DNA from: a virus
Virus record (IMG/VR): IMGVR_UViG_3300030085_002231
Span: 27,450-91,449 of that record
DNA: 64,000 nt
Direction: 5' to 3' (one strand)
Within the stretch, counting starts at the first letter, position 1; each line of letters starts with the position of its first letter. The notes beneath the pieces are model-generated. The model saw only the letters and a program-made list of their open reading frames with translations. It did not search any database and was not told the DNA's origin. This document shows positions 29,190-38,053 of this stretch, in pieces. Made by a program: the position numbers and the translations under genes.

Positions 29190-30140
29190 ATGAAAATATG
29201 TATTACAGGTGGCGCAGGTTTTATTGGCTTTCACTTAGCACAGAAATTACGTAAAGAAGGACACGGGGTATTTGGTTTTGATAACTTCAATAGTTACTAT
29301 GATGTAGACTTAAAAAGAAAACGTGCTGAAATTCTTGAAAGTCTTGGCATTCACATTGAGCCATTGGATTTACGTGTTAGAAGTAAATTAATAGAATATT
29401 TAGATCAAATCAGACCTGATGTTATAATGCACTTAGCAGCCATGGCTGGTGTTAGACACTCCATGGATGATCCAACAGCTTACGTTGATAACAATATTCT
29501 AGGTACACATAACCTTATCGAAGCCTGTGACCTTGTTGGTATTGAAAAAGTAGTGTATGCTTCTACGTCTTGTGTTATGGCTGGCAATCCACTTCCGTGG
29601 AATGAAGAAGAAAAGTTAGGTGTTGCAAAGAACCCATACGGATATTCTAAAGCTACTAATGAAGCACAGTTTATTTCTTCTAAAATCGATTCAACAATTG
29701 GCTTAAGATTCTTTACTGTCTATGGTCCTTGGGGTAGACCAGATATGGCGCTGTTCGATTTTACGAAAAGTATTATAGAAGAAAAACCTATTAAGCTTTT
29801 TAATAATGGTGATATGGTTCGCGACTTTACTTACGTTGATGATATTGTACAGGGCGTAGGTCTTGTCATAGATAGAATAAATGAAAAGTCAGACATTAAC
29901 GAGATTTATAATATTGGCTATGGACAGCAAGTACAACTTATGGAATTTGTAAAACACATAGAACAAAACTTAGATAGGGAAGCTATCAAAGAATACGTAC
30001 CTATGCACCCAGCCGATACACATAAAACTTGGTCTGACACAAGTAAAATAAGACAACTCGGATATTCACCTAAAACTCCAATAGGTAGAGGTGTATACGA
30101 GTTTGTTCAATGGTACAAGGATTATTATCATGTCAATTAA
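29190..30140 (+). CDS. UDP-glucuronate 4-epimerase-like extended SDR
   Basis: GGAGFIG, HLAAMAGVRHS, YGYSK, LRFFTVYGPWGRPDMA, RDFTYVDDIV. Confidence 0.88.
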   Translation: MKICITGGAGFIGFHLAQKLRKEGHGVFGFDNFNSYYDVDLKRKRAEILESLGIHIEPLDLRVRSKLIEYLDQIRPDVIMHLAAMAGVRHSMDDPTAYVDNNILGTHNLIEACDLVGIEKVVYASTSCVMAGNPLPWNEEEKLGVAKNPYGYSKATNEAQFISSKIDSTIGLRFFTVYGPWGRPDMALFDFTKSIIEEKPIKLFNNGDMVRDFTYVDDIVQGVGLVIDRINEKSDINEIYNIGYGQQVQLMEFVKHIEQNLDREAIKEYVPMHPADTHKTWSDTSKIRQLGYSPKTPIGRGVYEFVQWYKDYYHVN

Positions 30141-30957
30141 TATTGCAATCATAGGTCATGGATACGTAGGTAAAGCAGTAGATCATGGCTTCTCTACGAG
30201 TCAAGTTTCAAAGTATATTGTAGATCCAATATATGGGTCTCCAACTATCGAAGATCTCGTTGGTAAGATTCGTTTGCATGCAGCATTTGTTTGTGTACCT
30301 ACACCATTTGGTGATGATGGAAAGATTGATGCTTCTATAGTTAAAGATTCAGTACGTAAATTATCTGGTGCAATGTGTCCTATCGTTGTAAAGTCTACTA
30401 CTACACCTGACGTTATCGAAGAACTTTATTTAGAAAACGAAAACGTAATTTACAACCCAGAGTTCTTGACAGAAAAGAATGCTTTACACGATTTTATCAA
30501 TCCACCAATGCATGTACTTGGTGGTAAGAGGCAGTACACTAATAAAGTATTAGAACTATATGAAAACTACTCGCAGTGTACACCATGTCCAGCATACCAC
30601 ATGACTGCAAAAGAGGCATCCTTTGTAAAGTATGGAATCAATTCATTCTTAGCGAGTAAAGTTCTGTGGTTCAACCAATTTAAGGATGTGGTTGAAAAAT
30701 GGGATGCTAAGTATAACGTAATTGTTAATGCAATAGGTACTGATCCACGTATTGGACACAGTCACACACAAGTACCTGGTCCTGATGGACGTAAAGGTTT
30801 TGGTGGTGCTTGTTTTCCAAAAGATACGAATGCGTTTTGTGCCTTTTCTGATGGAGACCTACCTGTACTTAAAAAGATTATTGAGGAAAACAATAAATAC
30901 AGAAGTCAATATGAACTCGATGATCGTGAAAAAGAACAGAAAGTAAGTTATGAATAA
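30130..30957 (+). CDS. UDP-glucose/GDP-mannose 6-dehydrogenase (short form)
   Basis: IGHGYVG, CVPTP, KST, NPEFL, KY..NSFLA.K, GFGGACFPKD. Confidence 0.88.
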   Translation: MSINIAIIGHGYVGKAVDHGFSTSQVSKYIVDPIYGSPTIEDLVGKIRLHAAFVCVPTPFGDDGKIDASIVKDSVRKLSGAMCPIVVKSTTTPDVIEELYLENENVIYNPEFLTEKNALHDFINPPMHVLGGKRQYTNKVLELYENYSQCTPCPAYHMTAKEASFVKYGINSFLASKVLWFNQFKDVVEKWDAKYNVIVNAIGTDPRIGHSHTQVPGPDGRKGFGGACFPKDTNAFCAFSDGDLPVLKKIIEENNKYRSQYELDDREKEQKVSYE

Positions 30958-32146
30958 TTATGCGAGTATTATACCACTTATTGGCGGTGAAACAATCGCC
31001 ATGCAAAACGTATTTAAGAAAAAACCGGAGTATATTTTAAGCTATGAACCGTTTAAAGCAAACGATACTCACCTTGTTGAGTACTATCAACGAAAAGTTC
31101 CCTACCATCTGTTGGGAGATAACGGGGTGGACAACCTACCTAGTGTCGATGTTGTTAATACCGTATGTCCTTGTGCTGGGCTTAGCAGTCTTAGTACTAC
31201 AGCATCTACTGATTCTGCTGCTAACGATTGGATGCCTACCACAGCTCGTTATGTTTTGGGTACACTCCAACCTCGAGTATTCTGGGGCGAAAACGCACCA
31301 AGACTCGCTTCAGCAATGGGACGACCTATTGTCGAAAGTCTCCGCGAAATCGGTAAAGAGTTTGGATACACTTTCAGCATTTTTAAAACGAAGTCTATCC
31401 TTCATGGATTGAGTCAAGTCAGGGACAGAACGTTTTATTTCTTTTGGAAAGGTGATAAAGTACCAGTCTTTGAATATATAAAAAGGGAACACGAAAAAAT
31501 AGAAGACACGATACGTTCCGTGAAACGTGATCCACAGGATCCAATGAATGTACTTACTAATAAACGTGTTCCTACAGAAGACCCGTTCTATCGATACATT
31601 TTAGAAGAACTAGAAAATAATATTAGTCATACAGATTTTCAAAATAAGATACAAAAATCTTATGATGTCTTGTGGTACATAGAACAACACGTTACCTATG
31701 ATAAAGTTGCAAAGTGGATGGACAAGAATGGCTTTATAAAAAAAGCTGAACGCTGTCGTACAATGTTTGACAAATTAAAAGCTGGCGGTAACGTAATGAG
31801 AAGAGGTGTGTACATACCGAAAGATTATATAGGTGCCTTTGTTGGAGCACTACCTACAATGTGCACACACCCAGATGAAAATAGATTTTTAACTATTAGA
31901 GAATGTTTAAGTATTATGAAATTACCTTCTGATTTTGTATTACAAGGTGGCCTTAAAAATTTAAATCACATATGTCAAAACGTACCTGTCACTACTGCAA
32001 TGGATATGGCAGAACACGTATTAAAATATCTTGATGGCAGACTTGATAATAGGATGATCGATACAGATTACTTAGTACAAGATAATAAGAATATGACATT
32101 GAATTACAAAAAAGACAGTGTACAACTTGACGCTTTTATGGTATAA
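30950..32146 (+). CDS. C5-cytosine DNA methyltransferase-fold protein with degenerate SAM motif I
   Basis: PC (VCPCAGLS), ENAP, QVRDR, RFLTIRE...P.DF, QNVP; motif I reads IPLIGG instead of FxGxGG. Confidence 0.75.
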   Translation: MNNYASIIPLIGGETIAMQNVFKKKPEYILSYEPFKANDTHLVEYYQRKVPYHLLGDNGVDNLPSVDVVNTVCPCAGLSSLSTTASTDSAANDWMPTTARYVLGTLQPRVFWGENAPRLASAMGRPIVESLREIGKEFGYTFSIFKTKSILHGLSQVRDRTFYFFWKGDKVPVFEYIKREHEKIEDTIRSVKRDPQDPMNVLTNKRVPTEDPFYRYILEELENNISHTDFQNKIQKSYDVLWYIEQHVTYDKVAKWMDKNGFIKKAERCRTMFDKLKAGGNVMRRGVYIPKDYIGAFVGALPTMCTHPDENRFLTIRECLSIMKLPSDFVLQGGLKNLNHICQNVPVTTAMDMAEHVLKYLDGRLDNRMIDTDYLVQDNKNMTLNYKKDSVQLDAFMV

Positions 32147-32147
32147 T
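32119..32147 (+). promoter_or_regulatory. Early/middle promoter (uvsX operon)
   Basis: TGTACA-17-TATAAT. Confidence 0.7.
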
Positions 32148-32148
32148 A

Positions 32149-32313
32149 ATGGATGAATTGGCGGACAAACTGAAAGTTGTTTTGCAAGAACTTAGTGATG
32201 TTATGAAACAACGTAAAGACAAGATTGAAGAAATACGTAATCAAATAACAATACTTGAAAATAAAAATGAAGATCTTGATCGCAAGGTCAGTGAAATAAT
32301 GAGGGACTTTTAA
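32149..32313 (+). CDS. Small coiled-coil protein (54 aa)
   Basis: MDELADKLKVVLQELS...; TAATG coupling to uvsX; below the ORF-track cutoff. Confidence 0.5.
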   Translation: MDELADKLKVVLQELSDVMKQRKDKIEEIRNQITILENKNEDLDRKVSEIMRDF

Positions 32314-33359
32314 TGTCAATAATGGACAAACTAAAAAAGAATAGTAAGATCAAAGAAACTTCTATTCTTTCAGATTCTAAATTTTTTACAGAAAAAGATA
32401 TGGTGCCAACCGACGTACCAATGATGAACGTTGCACTATCTGGTTCTGTTGACGGTGGGTTGGCGCCAGGTCTTACTGTGCTTGCCGGTCCATCCAAACA
32501 TTTTAAAACTTCGTTTGGTCTTATCATGGCCAGCGCTTACTTAAAAAAATATAAAGATGCCGTGCTTCTGTTCTATGATTCAGAGTTTGGTTCGCCGCAA
32601 GCTTACTTCCAACAGTTCGATATCGATACAGAACGTGTACTACATACACCTATCACTAACGTAGAAGAACTAAAGTTTGATATTATCGCGCAGATGGAAG
32701 GTCTTGATCGCAATGATAAAGTTATTGTGATGATTGATTCAGTTGGCAACCTTGCTTCTAAAAAAGAATTAGAAGATGCTATCAACGAAAAGTCAGTTGC
32801 TGATATGTCACGTGCTAAAGCACTTAAAGGCTTGTTCCGTATGACTACACCATATTTAAATATGAAGAACATTCCGTTGATTGCTGTGAATCATACGTAC
32901 ATGGAGATTGGTTTATTTCCAAAAGCAATCGTATCAGGTGGCACAGGTATTTACTACTCAGCTGATAACATCTGGATTCTTGGTCGTCAGCAGGACAAGC
33001 AAGGCACAGAAATTAAAGGTTATCACTTTGTAATTAACGTGGAGAAATCAAGGTATGTCAAAGAAAAGTCTAAAATACCTATTAGCGTGTCTTGGGATGG
33101 CGGTGTTCAGTCTTACAGCGGCTTACTCGACGTCGGCCTTGCAGGCAATTACGTTGCTAAGCCTAGTAACGGTTGGTACTGTCGTGTTGATCGAACTACT
33201 GGAGAACTCATCGATCCAAAGGTTCGAGAGAAAGACACCTTGGATGAACAATTCTGGTTACCAATCTTTGAGTCCACCGATTTCAAAGATTACATTAAAT
33301 CCAAATTTGCCATTGGAGGAACGGGAAGCAATGAGCTTGTACTCGAAGATACAGCATAA
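32313..33359 (+). CDS. uvsX: RecA-like recombinase UvsX
   Basis: AGPSKHFKT, YDSEFG, DSVGNLASKKE, VADMSRAK. Confidence 0.97.
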   Translation: MSIMDKLKKNSKIKETSILSDSKFFTEKDMVPTDVPMMNVALSGSVDGGLAPGLTVLAGPSKHFKTSFGLIMASAYLKKYKDAVLLFYDSEFGSPQAYFQQFDIDTERVLHTPITNVEELKFDIIAQMEGLDRNDKVIVMIDSVGNLASKKELEDAINEKSVADMSRAKALKGLFRMTTPYLNMKNIPLIAVNHTYMEIGLFPKAIVSGGTGIYYSADNIWILGRQQDKQGTEIKGYHFVINVEKSRYVKEKSKIPISVSWDGGVQSYSGLLDVGLAGNYVAKPSNGWYCRVDRTTGELIDPKVREKDTLDEQFWLPIFESTDFKDYIKSKFAIGGTGSNELVLEDTA

Positions 33360-33660
33360 AGAAAACGTAACATATTCTCTTGTCCCTGGAGAAGGTGGTG
33401 ACCAACATTGGTTGGTGAGATTTATTGAAGGACCATTTGCTGAAACTGTAATTCAGTATGGTGCCATCAAGCTAGTACCAGAAGATGAAGGTAAAATCTC
33501 ATTTAACTTTTTTGTTGAGTCATCACCAGATCCCAATCTGACAAGTGAAGATGTAGATTTACAACTATGGTCAGGTGATGTACTCGAAGTAATACTTAGA
33601 CAATCACTTGAAGAAGGATCAGCACAGATATTTGAAGAGCCAGATGCAAGCAAACCTTGA
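33331..33660 (+). CDS. gp40-position protein (head vertex assembly chaperone-like)
   Basis: Between uvsX and gp41 as in T4; GGAGG RBS. Confidence 0.5.
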   Translation: MSLYSKIQHKENVTYSLVPGEGGDQHWLVRFIEGPFAETVIQYGAIKLVPEDEGKISFNFFVESSPDPNLTSEDVDLQLWSGDVLEVILRQSLEEGSAQIFEEPDASKP

Positions 33661-35020
33661 ACTTACTATATTAAGAAATATATTAACAGACGAAAAGTAT
33701 ATGCGCAAGGTATTACCTTTCGTCAAACCAGATTACTTTGAAGGGATTTATCGTATCCTATTTAGAGAGGCTGGTAAGTACGTTGGAAAATACAATAAAC
33801 TTCCAACTGCAGAATCATTTAAAGTTGAGATCGATCAGTCAGATAGACTTAGCGGTGAAAACTATACAGTAGCAGTTGACCTAGTGCCACAACTCTTTTC
33901 AAAGGAAAAGATCGATGAACAGTGGCTTGTTGACACTACAGAAAAGTGGTGCCAAGATCGAGCTATATATAATGCTATCATGGAATCTATATCGATAATC
34001 GATGGAAAGCATGAAACTCTAACTAAGGGAGCGTTACCTGACCTGCTTTCCAAAGCATTAGGTGTAGCGTTTGATACAAACGTTGGCCACGACTACATTG
34101 AAAACCAAGAAGAACGATACGAATTTTATCACCAACAAGAAGACCGCATTCCTTTCGACCTGGAATACTTTAACAAGATCACCAAAGGTGGTGTTCCTAA
34201 TAAAACACTTAATATTGCTTTGGCAGGCACTGGTGTTGGCAAGTCTCTTTTTATGTGCCATGTTGCTGCTTCGGCTCTTGTACAAGGCAGGGACGTTCTT
34301 TATATAACGATGGAAATGGCGGAAGAAAGAATCGCCGAACGTATTGATGCTAACTTACTTAACACACCTATCGATCAACTTACAAATCTATCGAAAGAAA
34401 TGCATAAAACCAAAGTTGAAGACATAGCACGTAAGACTACGGGTAAGTTAATTATTAAAGAATATCCTACTGGCTCTGCACACACCGGCCACTTCCGTGC
34501 ATTACTCAATGAGTTAAAACTAAAGAAGCAGTTTGAACCACAGATTATTTTTATTGATTATCTTAATATATGTGCTTCTTCTCGTATGAAAGGAATGGGT
34601 GGTGCAATCAACTCCTATAATTACATTAAAGCAATTGCTGAAGAATTACGTGGCCTTGCGGTCGAGTTCAACGTACCGCTCTTCTCTGCAACGCAAACGA
34701 CTCGTTCTGGTTATAGTAACTCGGATGTTGGGCTTGAAGATACGTCCGAGTCTTTTGGATTACCCGCTACCGCGGACTTAATGTTTGCTATCATATCCAC
34801 AGAAGAATTACAAAATCGTGGACAGATGATGGTTAAACAATTAAAGAATAGATATAATGATCCTGTTGCAAACCGCAGGTTCGTTATTGGTGTTGATCGA
34901 TCTAAGATGCGTTTATATGACGTAGATGAAAGTGAACAGGATCTTACAGACGATACGCCAGTTTTTGAGAAAACACAAGCACACGAAGAAATGTCAAAAT
35001 TTAAGGATTTTAAGCTATGA
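33644..35020 (+). CDS. gp41: Replicative DNA helicase
   Basis: AGTGVGKS, ITMEMAEERI, IDYLNIC, SESFGLPATAD, KQLKNRY. Confidence 0.97.
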   Translation: MQANLELTILRNILTDEKYMRKVLPFVKPDYFEGIYRILFREAGKYVGKYNKLPTAESFKVEIDQSDRLSGENYTVAVDLVPQLFSKEKIDEQWLVDTTEKWCQDRAIYNAIMESISIIDGKHETLTKGALPDLLSKALGVAFDTNVGHDYIENQEERYEFYHQQEDRIPFDLEYFNKITKGGVPNKTLNIALAGTGVGKSLFMCHVAASALVQGRDVLYITMEMAEERIAERIDANLLNTPIDQLTNLSKEMHKTKVEDIARKTTGKLIIKEYPTGSAHTGHFRALLNELKLKKQFEPQIIFIDYLNICASSRMKGMGGAINSYNYIKAIAEELRGLAVEFNVPLFSATQTTRSGYSNSDVGLEDTSESFGLPATADLMFAIISTEELQNRGQMMVKQLKNRYNDPVANRRFVIGVDRSKMRLYDVDESEQDLTDDTPVFEKTQAHEEMSKFKDFKL

Positions 35021-35226
35021 TTTATAGAGGACCAGGAATCAGTACGTATTGGGGAAGCGATGAGTATGAAGATCGCAGAGCTGAAGTTATGAAAAATGAA
35101 TTAGGCTTTTATATCGATATGTACAGAAAAGATAAGCTCGTTGAATCTAGGCCTCTATACGAACACAGCCAAATGTATGCAGAAAGTGCTGCAGAAAATT
35201 ATGTTATGGGAATTCTTAATCCATGA
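35017..35226 (+). CDS. Hypothetical protein
   Basis: ATGA overlaps; YAESAAENYV motif. Confidence 0.65.
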   Translation: MIYRGPGISTYWGSDEYEDRRAEVMKNELGFYIDMYRKDKLVESRPLYEHSQMYAESAAENYVMGILNP

Positions 35227-35891
35227 AAGTACGACTTATTAGTTACAGTAAACCACCGGAGGAACTCTATGTTGGTGACAACGTCCAAGAACTCATTGCG
35301 TATACAGCCCGTGTCTCGAACCCATCGAACCAAGACAACACCGAAACGTCAGAAAGATTACTACGATACCTCATTAGAGAAAAACACTGGTCGCCATTTG
35401 AAATGGTTAGCGCTTGCTTGGAAGTAGAAACTACCCGTGATATCGCAAGGCAGCTTTTGAGACATAGATCATTCTCTTTTCAAGAGTTTAGTCAGAGATA
35501 TGCTGACCCTACACAAGATCTTAAGTTTCAATTGAAAGATGCACGTCTACAAGACACAAAGAATAGACAGAATAGTATAAATGTAAAAGATCCAGACTTA
35601 CAACTAGAATGGTTAAAACAACAATCGGAGGCAGTCAATGCAGCAAAAAAATCTTACAGCTGGGCAATCGAAAATGGTATTGCTAAAGAACAAGCTCGTG
35701 CAGTTTTACCGGAAGGTATCATGGAATCTCGATTGTATGTCAACGGCACCATTAGGTCCTGGATACATTACGTCGGATTACGTTCAGGTCATGGGACGCA
35801 AAAAGAACACATACAACTCGCAGTAGAATGTGCGAAAGCTTTAGAACCTATCTTTCCTATGATTATGGAGTTTTGTAATGAAGAAGATTAA
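35223..35891 (+). CDS. thyX: Flavin-dependent thymidylate synthase
   Basis: HWSPFE, RQLLRHRSFSFQEFSQRY, EQARAVLP. Confidence 0.96.
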   Translation: MKVRLISYSKPPEELYVGDNVQELIAYTARVSNPSNQDNTETSERLLRYLIREKHWSPFEMVSACLEVETTRDIARQLLRHRSFSFQEFSQRYADPTQDLKFQLKDARLQDTKNRQNSINVKDPDLQLEWLKQQSEAVNAAKKSYSWAIENGIAKEQARAVLPEGIMESRLYVNGTIRSWIHYVGLRSGHGTQKEHIQLAVECAKALEPIFPMIMEFCNEED

Positions 35892-36180
35892 CTATAAATT
35901 TAATGAGAAAGAACTAATTAAAGAGTTTCAAGAATACATTGATTCGACGTATAGCGCTCACTACTCAAAAGATAACTTTCAAGCTACTGAGTTTATTATT
36001 GATGGCGGCCATGGCACTGGATTTTGCATTGGTAATGTATTAAAGTACGCACAAAGATATGGTAAAAAAGGTATGGCTTCAGATGCTAGAAAAGATTTAA
36101 TGAAAGTCTTACACTATGCTTTGATTCAATTATACGTTCATGATGTTGAAGAAGACTTACCTTTGTTTGATAGACGCTGA
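35878..36180 (+). CDS. DUF3310-like protein
   Basis: HY...FCIGNVLKYAQRYGKK...KDLMKVLHY. Confidence 0.7.
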   Translation: MKKINYKFNEKELIKEFQEYIDSTYSAHYSKDNFQATEFIIDGGHGTGFCIGNVLKYAQRYGKKGMASDARKDLMKVLHYALIQLYVHDVEEDLPLFDRR

Positions 36181-36329
36181 CATTCAACCTTGAAGTTTTC
36201 CCAAGTAGTATCCATAAAGGTTTCGTATATTCGTTCTCTATGATATTCACATGTCTTTAAGTCTTTGTAAGACAAGTGATCAAAGTTATAAACAGTAGCT
36301 CCTATTTGGATGAGAATCGCATATAACAT
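36138..36329 (-). CDS. Small hypothetical protein
   Basis: Part of a three-gene minus-strand unit; hydrophobic N-terminus, C...C pair. Confidence 0.5.
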   Translation of the reverse strand: MLYAILIQIGATVYNFDHLSYKDLKTCEYHRERIYETFMDTTWENFKVECQRLSNKGKSSSTS

Positions 36330-36481
36330 AACTTATACCTGTCTTTTAAGTCAGAACATTTTTCTTCTAGTCTCGTAGGTTTATAAGGAACGTCAAATCT
36401 ATCAACTACCTCATAGGCATAACCAGCAAAAACTAGTAAACCTATGAGATAAGTTAATGCTATAAAGAAAAGATAAATCAT
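36302..36481 (-). CDS. Small membrane protein
   Basis: ATGA overlap with the upstream minus-strand gene; MIYLFFIALTYLIGLLVF. Confidence 0.5.
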   Translation of the reverse strand: MIYLFFIALTYLIGLLVFAGYAYEVVDRFDVPYKPTRLEEKCSDLKDRYKLCYMRFSSK

Positions 36482-36957
36482 ACTGCACCAGATACTGCGA
36501 ACCAAATGGCAAATATACCAAATATCAAAGCACCAATTACAATAGCACCTATCTTTATTTGTTCCCATACTTCTTCTTGTTCTTTTCTTTTTGCTATGGC
36601 TGCTAATCTTCGAGCTTCTTTTTCTTCTTGTATTCTTTTAGCTCTTAAATCTAGTATGCTTTGCCACGTACCAGGACCAAAGCGCATGTCTACTAGAGTT
36701 CTCATTTCTTGTAGTTTTTCTTCAGCCAGTTTGGCATCTATTACTTCTTGGGCTACGTTATTGATACCAAACTGATCTTTTACACTAACGCCTGATTTTT
36801 TGTTTCTTTGTTTTTGGCAATCTTCAGCACCTTGGAACAATCCATCGATTGCCCCAGCGATTTCTCCAATGTCTTTTGCAGTATCGATATTCGACTTAAT
36901 AAAATCAACACTTGACTTTACCAATGCTATGCCGGCTAAAACTTCTGCGACGACCAT
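36478..36957 (-). CDS. Conserved hypothetical protein with C-terminal TM helix
   Basis: AGGT RBS; RFGPGTWQSI motif; minus-strand TATAAATA at 37029-37036. Confidence 0.75.
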   Translation of the reverse strand: MVVAEVLAGIALVKSSVDFIKSNIDTAKDIGEIAGAIDGLFQGAEDCQKQRNKKSGVSVKDQFGINNVAQEVIDAKLAEEKLQEMRTLVDMRFGPGTWQSILDLRAKRIQEEKEARRLAAIAKRKEQEEVWEQIKIGAIVIGALIFGIFAIWFAVSGAV

Positions 36958-37028
36958 TTCGATCTACCTATGTTAAAGTTAGATAGATATAAATCAAATA
37001 GGGATATAATATATTCCACTCTCAGTAA

Positions 37029-37072
37029 TATTTATATTTACATTCAACACTACTTGTGGTATAATATAAATA
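37029..37072. promoter_or_regulatory. Divergent promoter cluster: minus-strand late promoter (37029-37036), plus-strand early promoter (37037-37065), plus-strand late promoter (37065-37072)
   Basis: TATTTATA; TTTACA-17 (TGTGG)-TATAAT; TATAAATA. Confidence 0.8.
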
Positions 37073-37074
37073 TA

Positions 37075-37340
37075 ATTGAAGATGCTAGAAGGTAGACTGG
37101 ACTCGGGGGCGGTACCCGACGCCTCCACCAATATTCACCGACCGGTGCATGCTTATGGGGGCGAAATAGGATCGACAGATGCTGGAGTCTTCGAGAAGTA
37201 AATGCAAACGATAACGTTGCACAACCTAAGTTTATGAAGAAGCGTAACACCTTCGCTCGTAAAGTTGGGTTTACTAAAGGTATGGCCTTAGCTGCCTAGT
37301 CCTTACGGGCCCGCCGGAGCCTGGGAACAGAATCCGGCAC
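37075..37340 (+). ncRNA. ssrA: Two-piece (circularly permuted) tmRNA, alphaproteobacterial type
   Basis: Acceptor piece first: T-arm TCGGG-GGCGGTA-CCCGA and CGCCTCC-A-CCA (37103-37130); spacer; 5' end GGGGGCGAAATAGGATCGAC at 37157 giving G3-U70; tag ORF GCA AAC GAT AAC (ANDN)...ALAA-TAG at 37204-37299; outer ends approximate. Confidence 0.93.
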
Positions 37341-37363
37341 ACATTTTTTGATTGGAAAACATA

Positions 37364-37747
37364 ATGCAAAAATTTACTAGAGACTTGATAATAGCATTCA
37401 CATTTGGAATCGCAGTAATAATAGGTTCTAACCTAGCATTTTCACAGCCAAAGGAAGGTATCGAATGGCGAACAAAGCCGGTACAGTGCGGACCTGAAAA
37501 AGAATTTTGGCCAGTGTTAAATCAACACGGTGAAAAAGCTTTGCTTGGAGCAATCACAAAACTAGAAGCTCCTGGTGAACCTACAACTTATATGCCAATT
37601 TACGTATTCACAAATACGGATACAGGAACTTTCACTATAGCAGAGTTTCATTTACATTCGAATGAAGTATGCATTATAGGCTATGGCAGTGGTATTGATT
37701 TTGATGTACAAGATCTTTTCGAAAATAGACAATCTACTGGAACTTAG
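37364..37747 (+). CDS. Exported hypothetical protein
   Basis: Signal-peptide-like N-terminus; KPVQCG, TGTFTIAE, VCIIGYG. Confidence 0.7.
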   Translation: MQKFTRDLIIAFTFGIAVIIGSNLAFSQPKEGIEWRTKPVQCGPEKEFWPVLNQHGEKALLGAITKLEAPGEPTTYMPIYVFTNTDTGTFTIAEFHLHSNEVCIIGYGSGIDFDVQDLFENRQSTGT

Positions 37748-37756
37748 GAGTAAAAT

Positions 37757-38053
37757 ATGCTAACTAAAATGAAAGATTTTATTTCATGGAATCCAAAACA
37801 TTTAGCAGAGGCTGAAGTTGTAAAATCTCGTGCTTTAAGAAATGAAAAAGGTGGATATTGGTGGCATGCAAAATTAGCTTTTAAAGAAGCTGGTTTTTCG
37901 CTTATCATGTCTATTGGATGGTTTCTACACGCATTATTACCATGGTTATTCGACTTCAAACTTTTAGAAGCACAAGTGGATAGATTAAGAATGATTTCAA
38001 GAATTTTACCTGATCTACCGCTGTTCAAGAAAGTTAAGTTTCTTAAAAAATAA
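37757..38053 (+). CDS. DUF6356-like small membrane protein, copy 1
   Basis: HL.E...Y..H...A...HALLPWLF. Confidence 0.55.
   Translation: MLTKMKDFISWNPKHLAEAEVVKSRALRNEKGGYWWHAKLAFKEAGFSLIMSIGWFLHALLPWLFDFKLLEAQVDRLRMISRILPDLPLFKKVKFLKK

Noticed and set aside
37100-37130. tRNA gene or integration-site remnant ending in CCA
   Set aside because: No D or anticodon arm upstream; it pairs with the downstream GGGGGCG as the tmRNA acceptor piece; no integrase in the window.
37050-37250. 66-aa minus-strand ORF
   Set aside because: It is the antisense of the tmRNA gene; no RBS or coding features.
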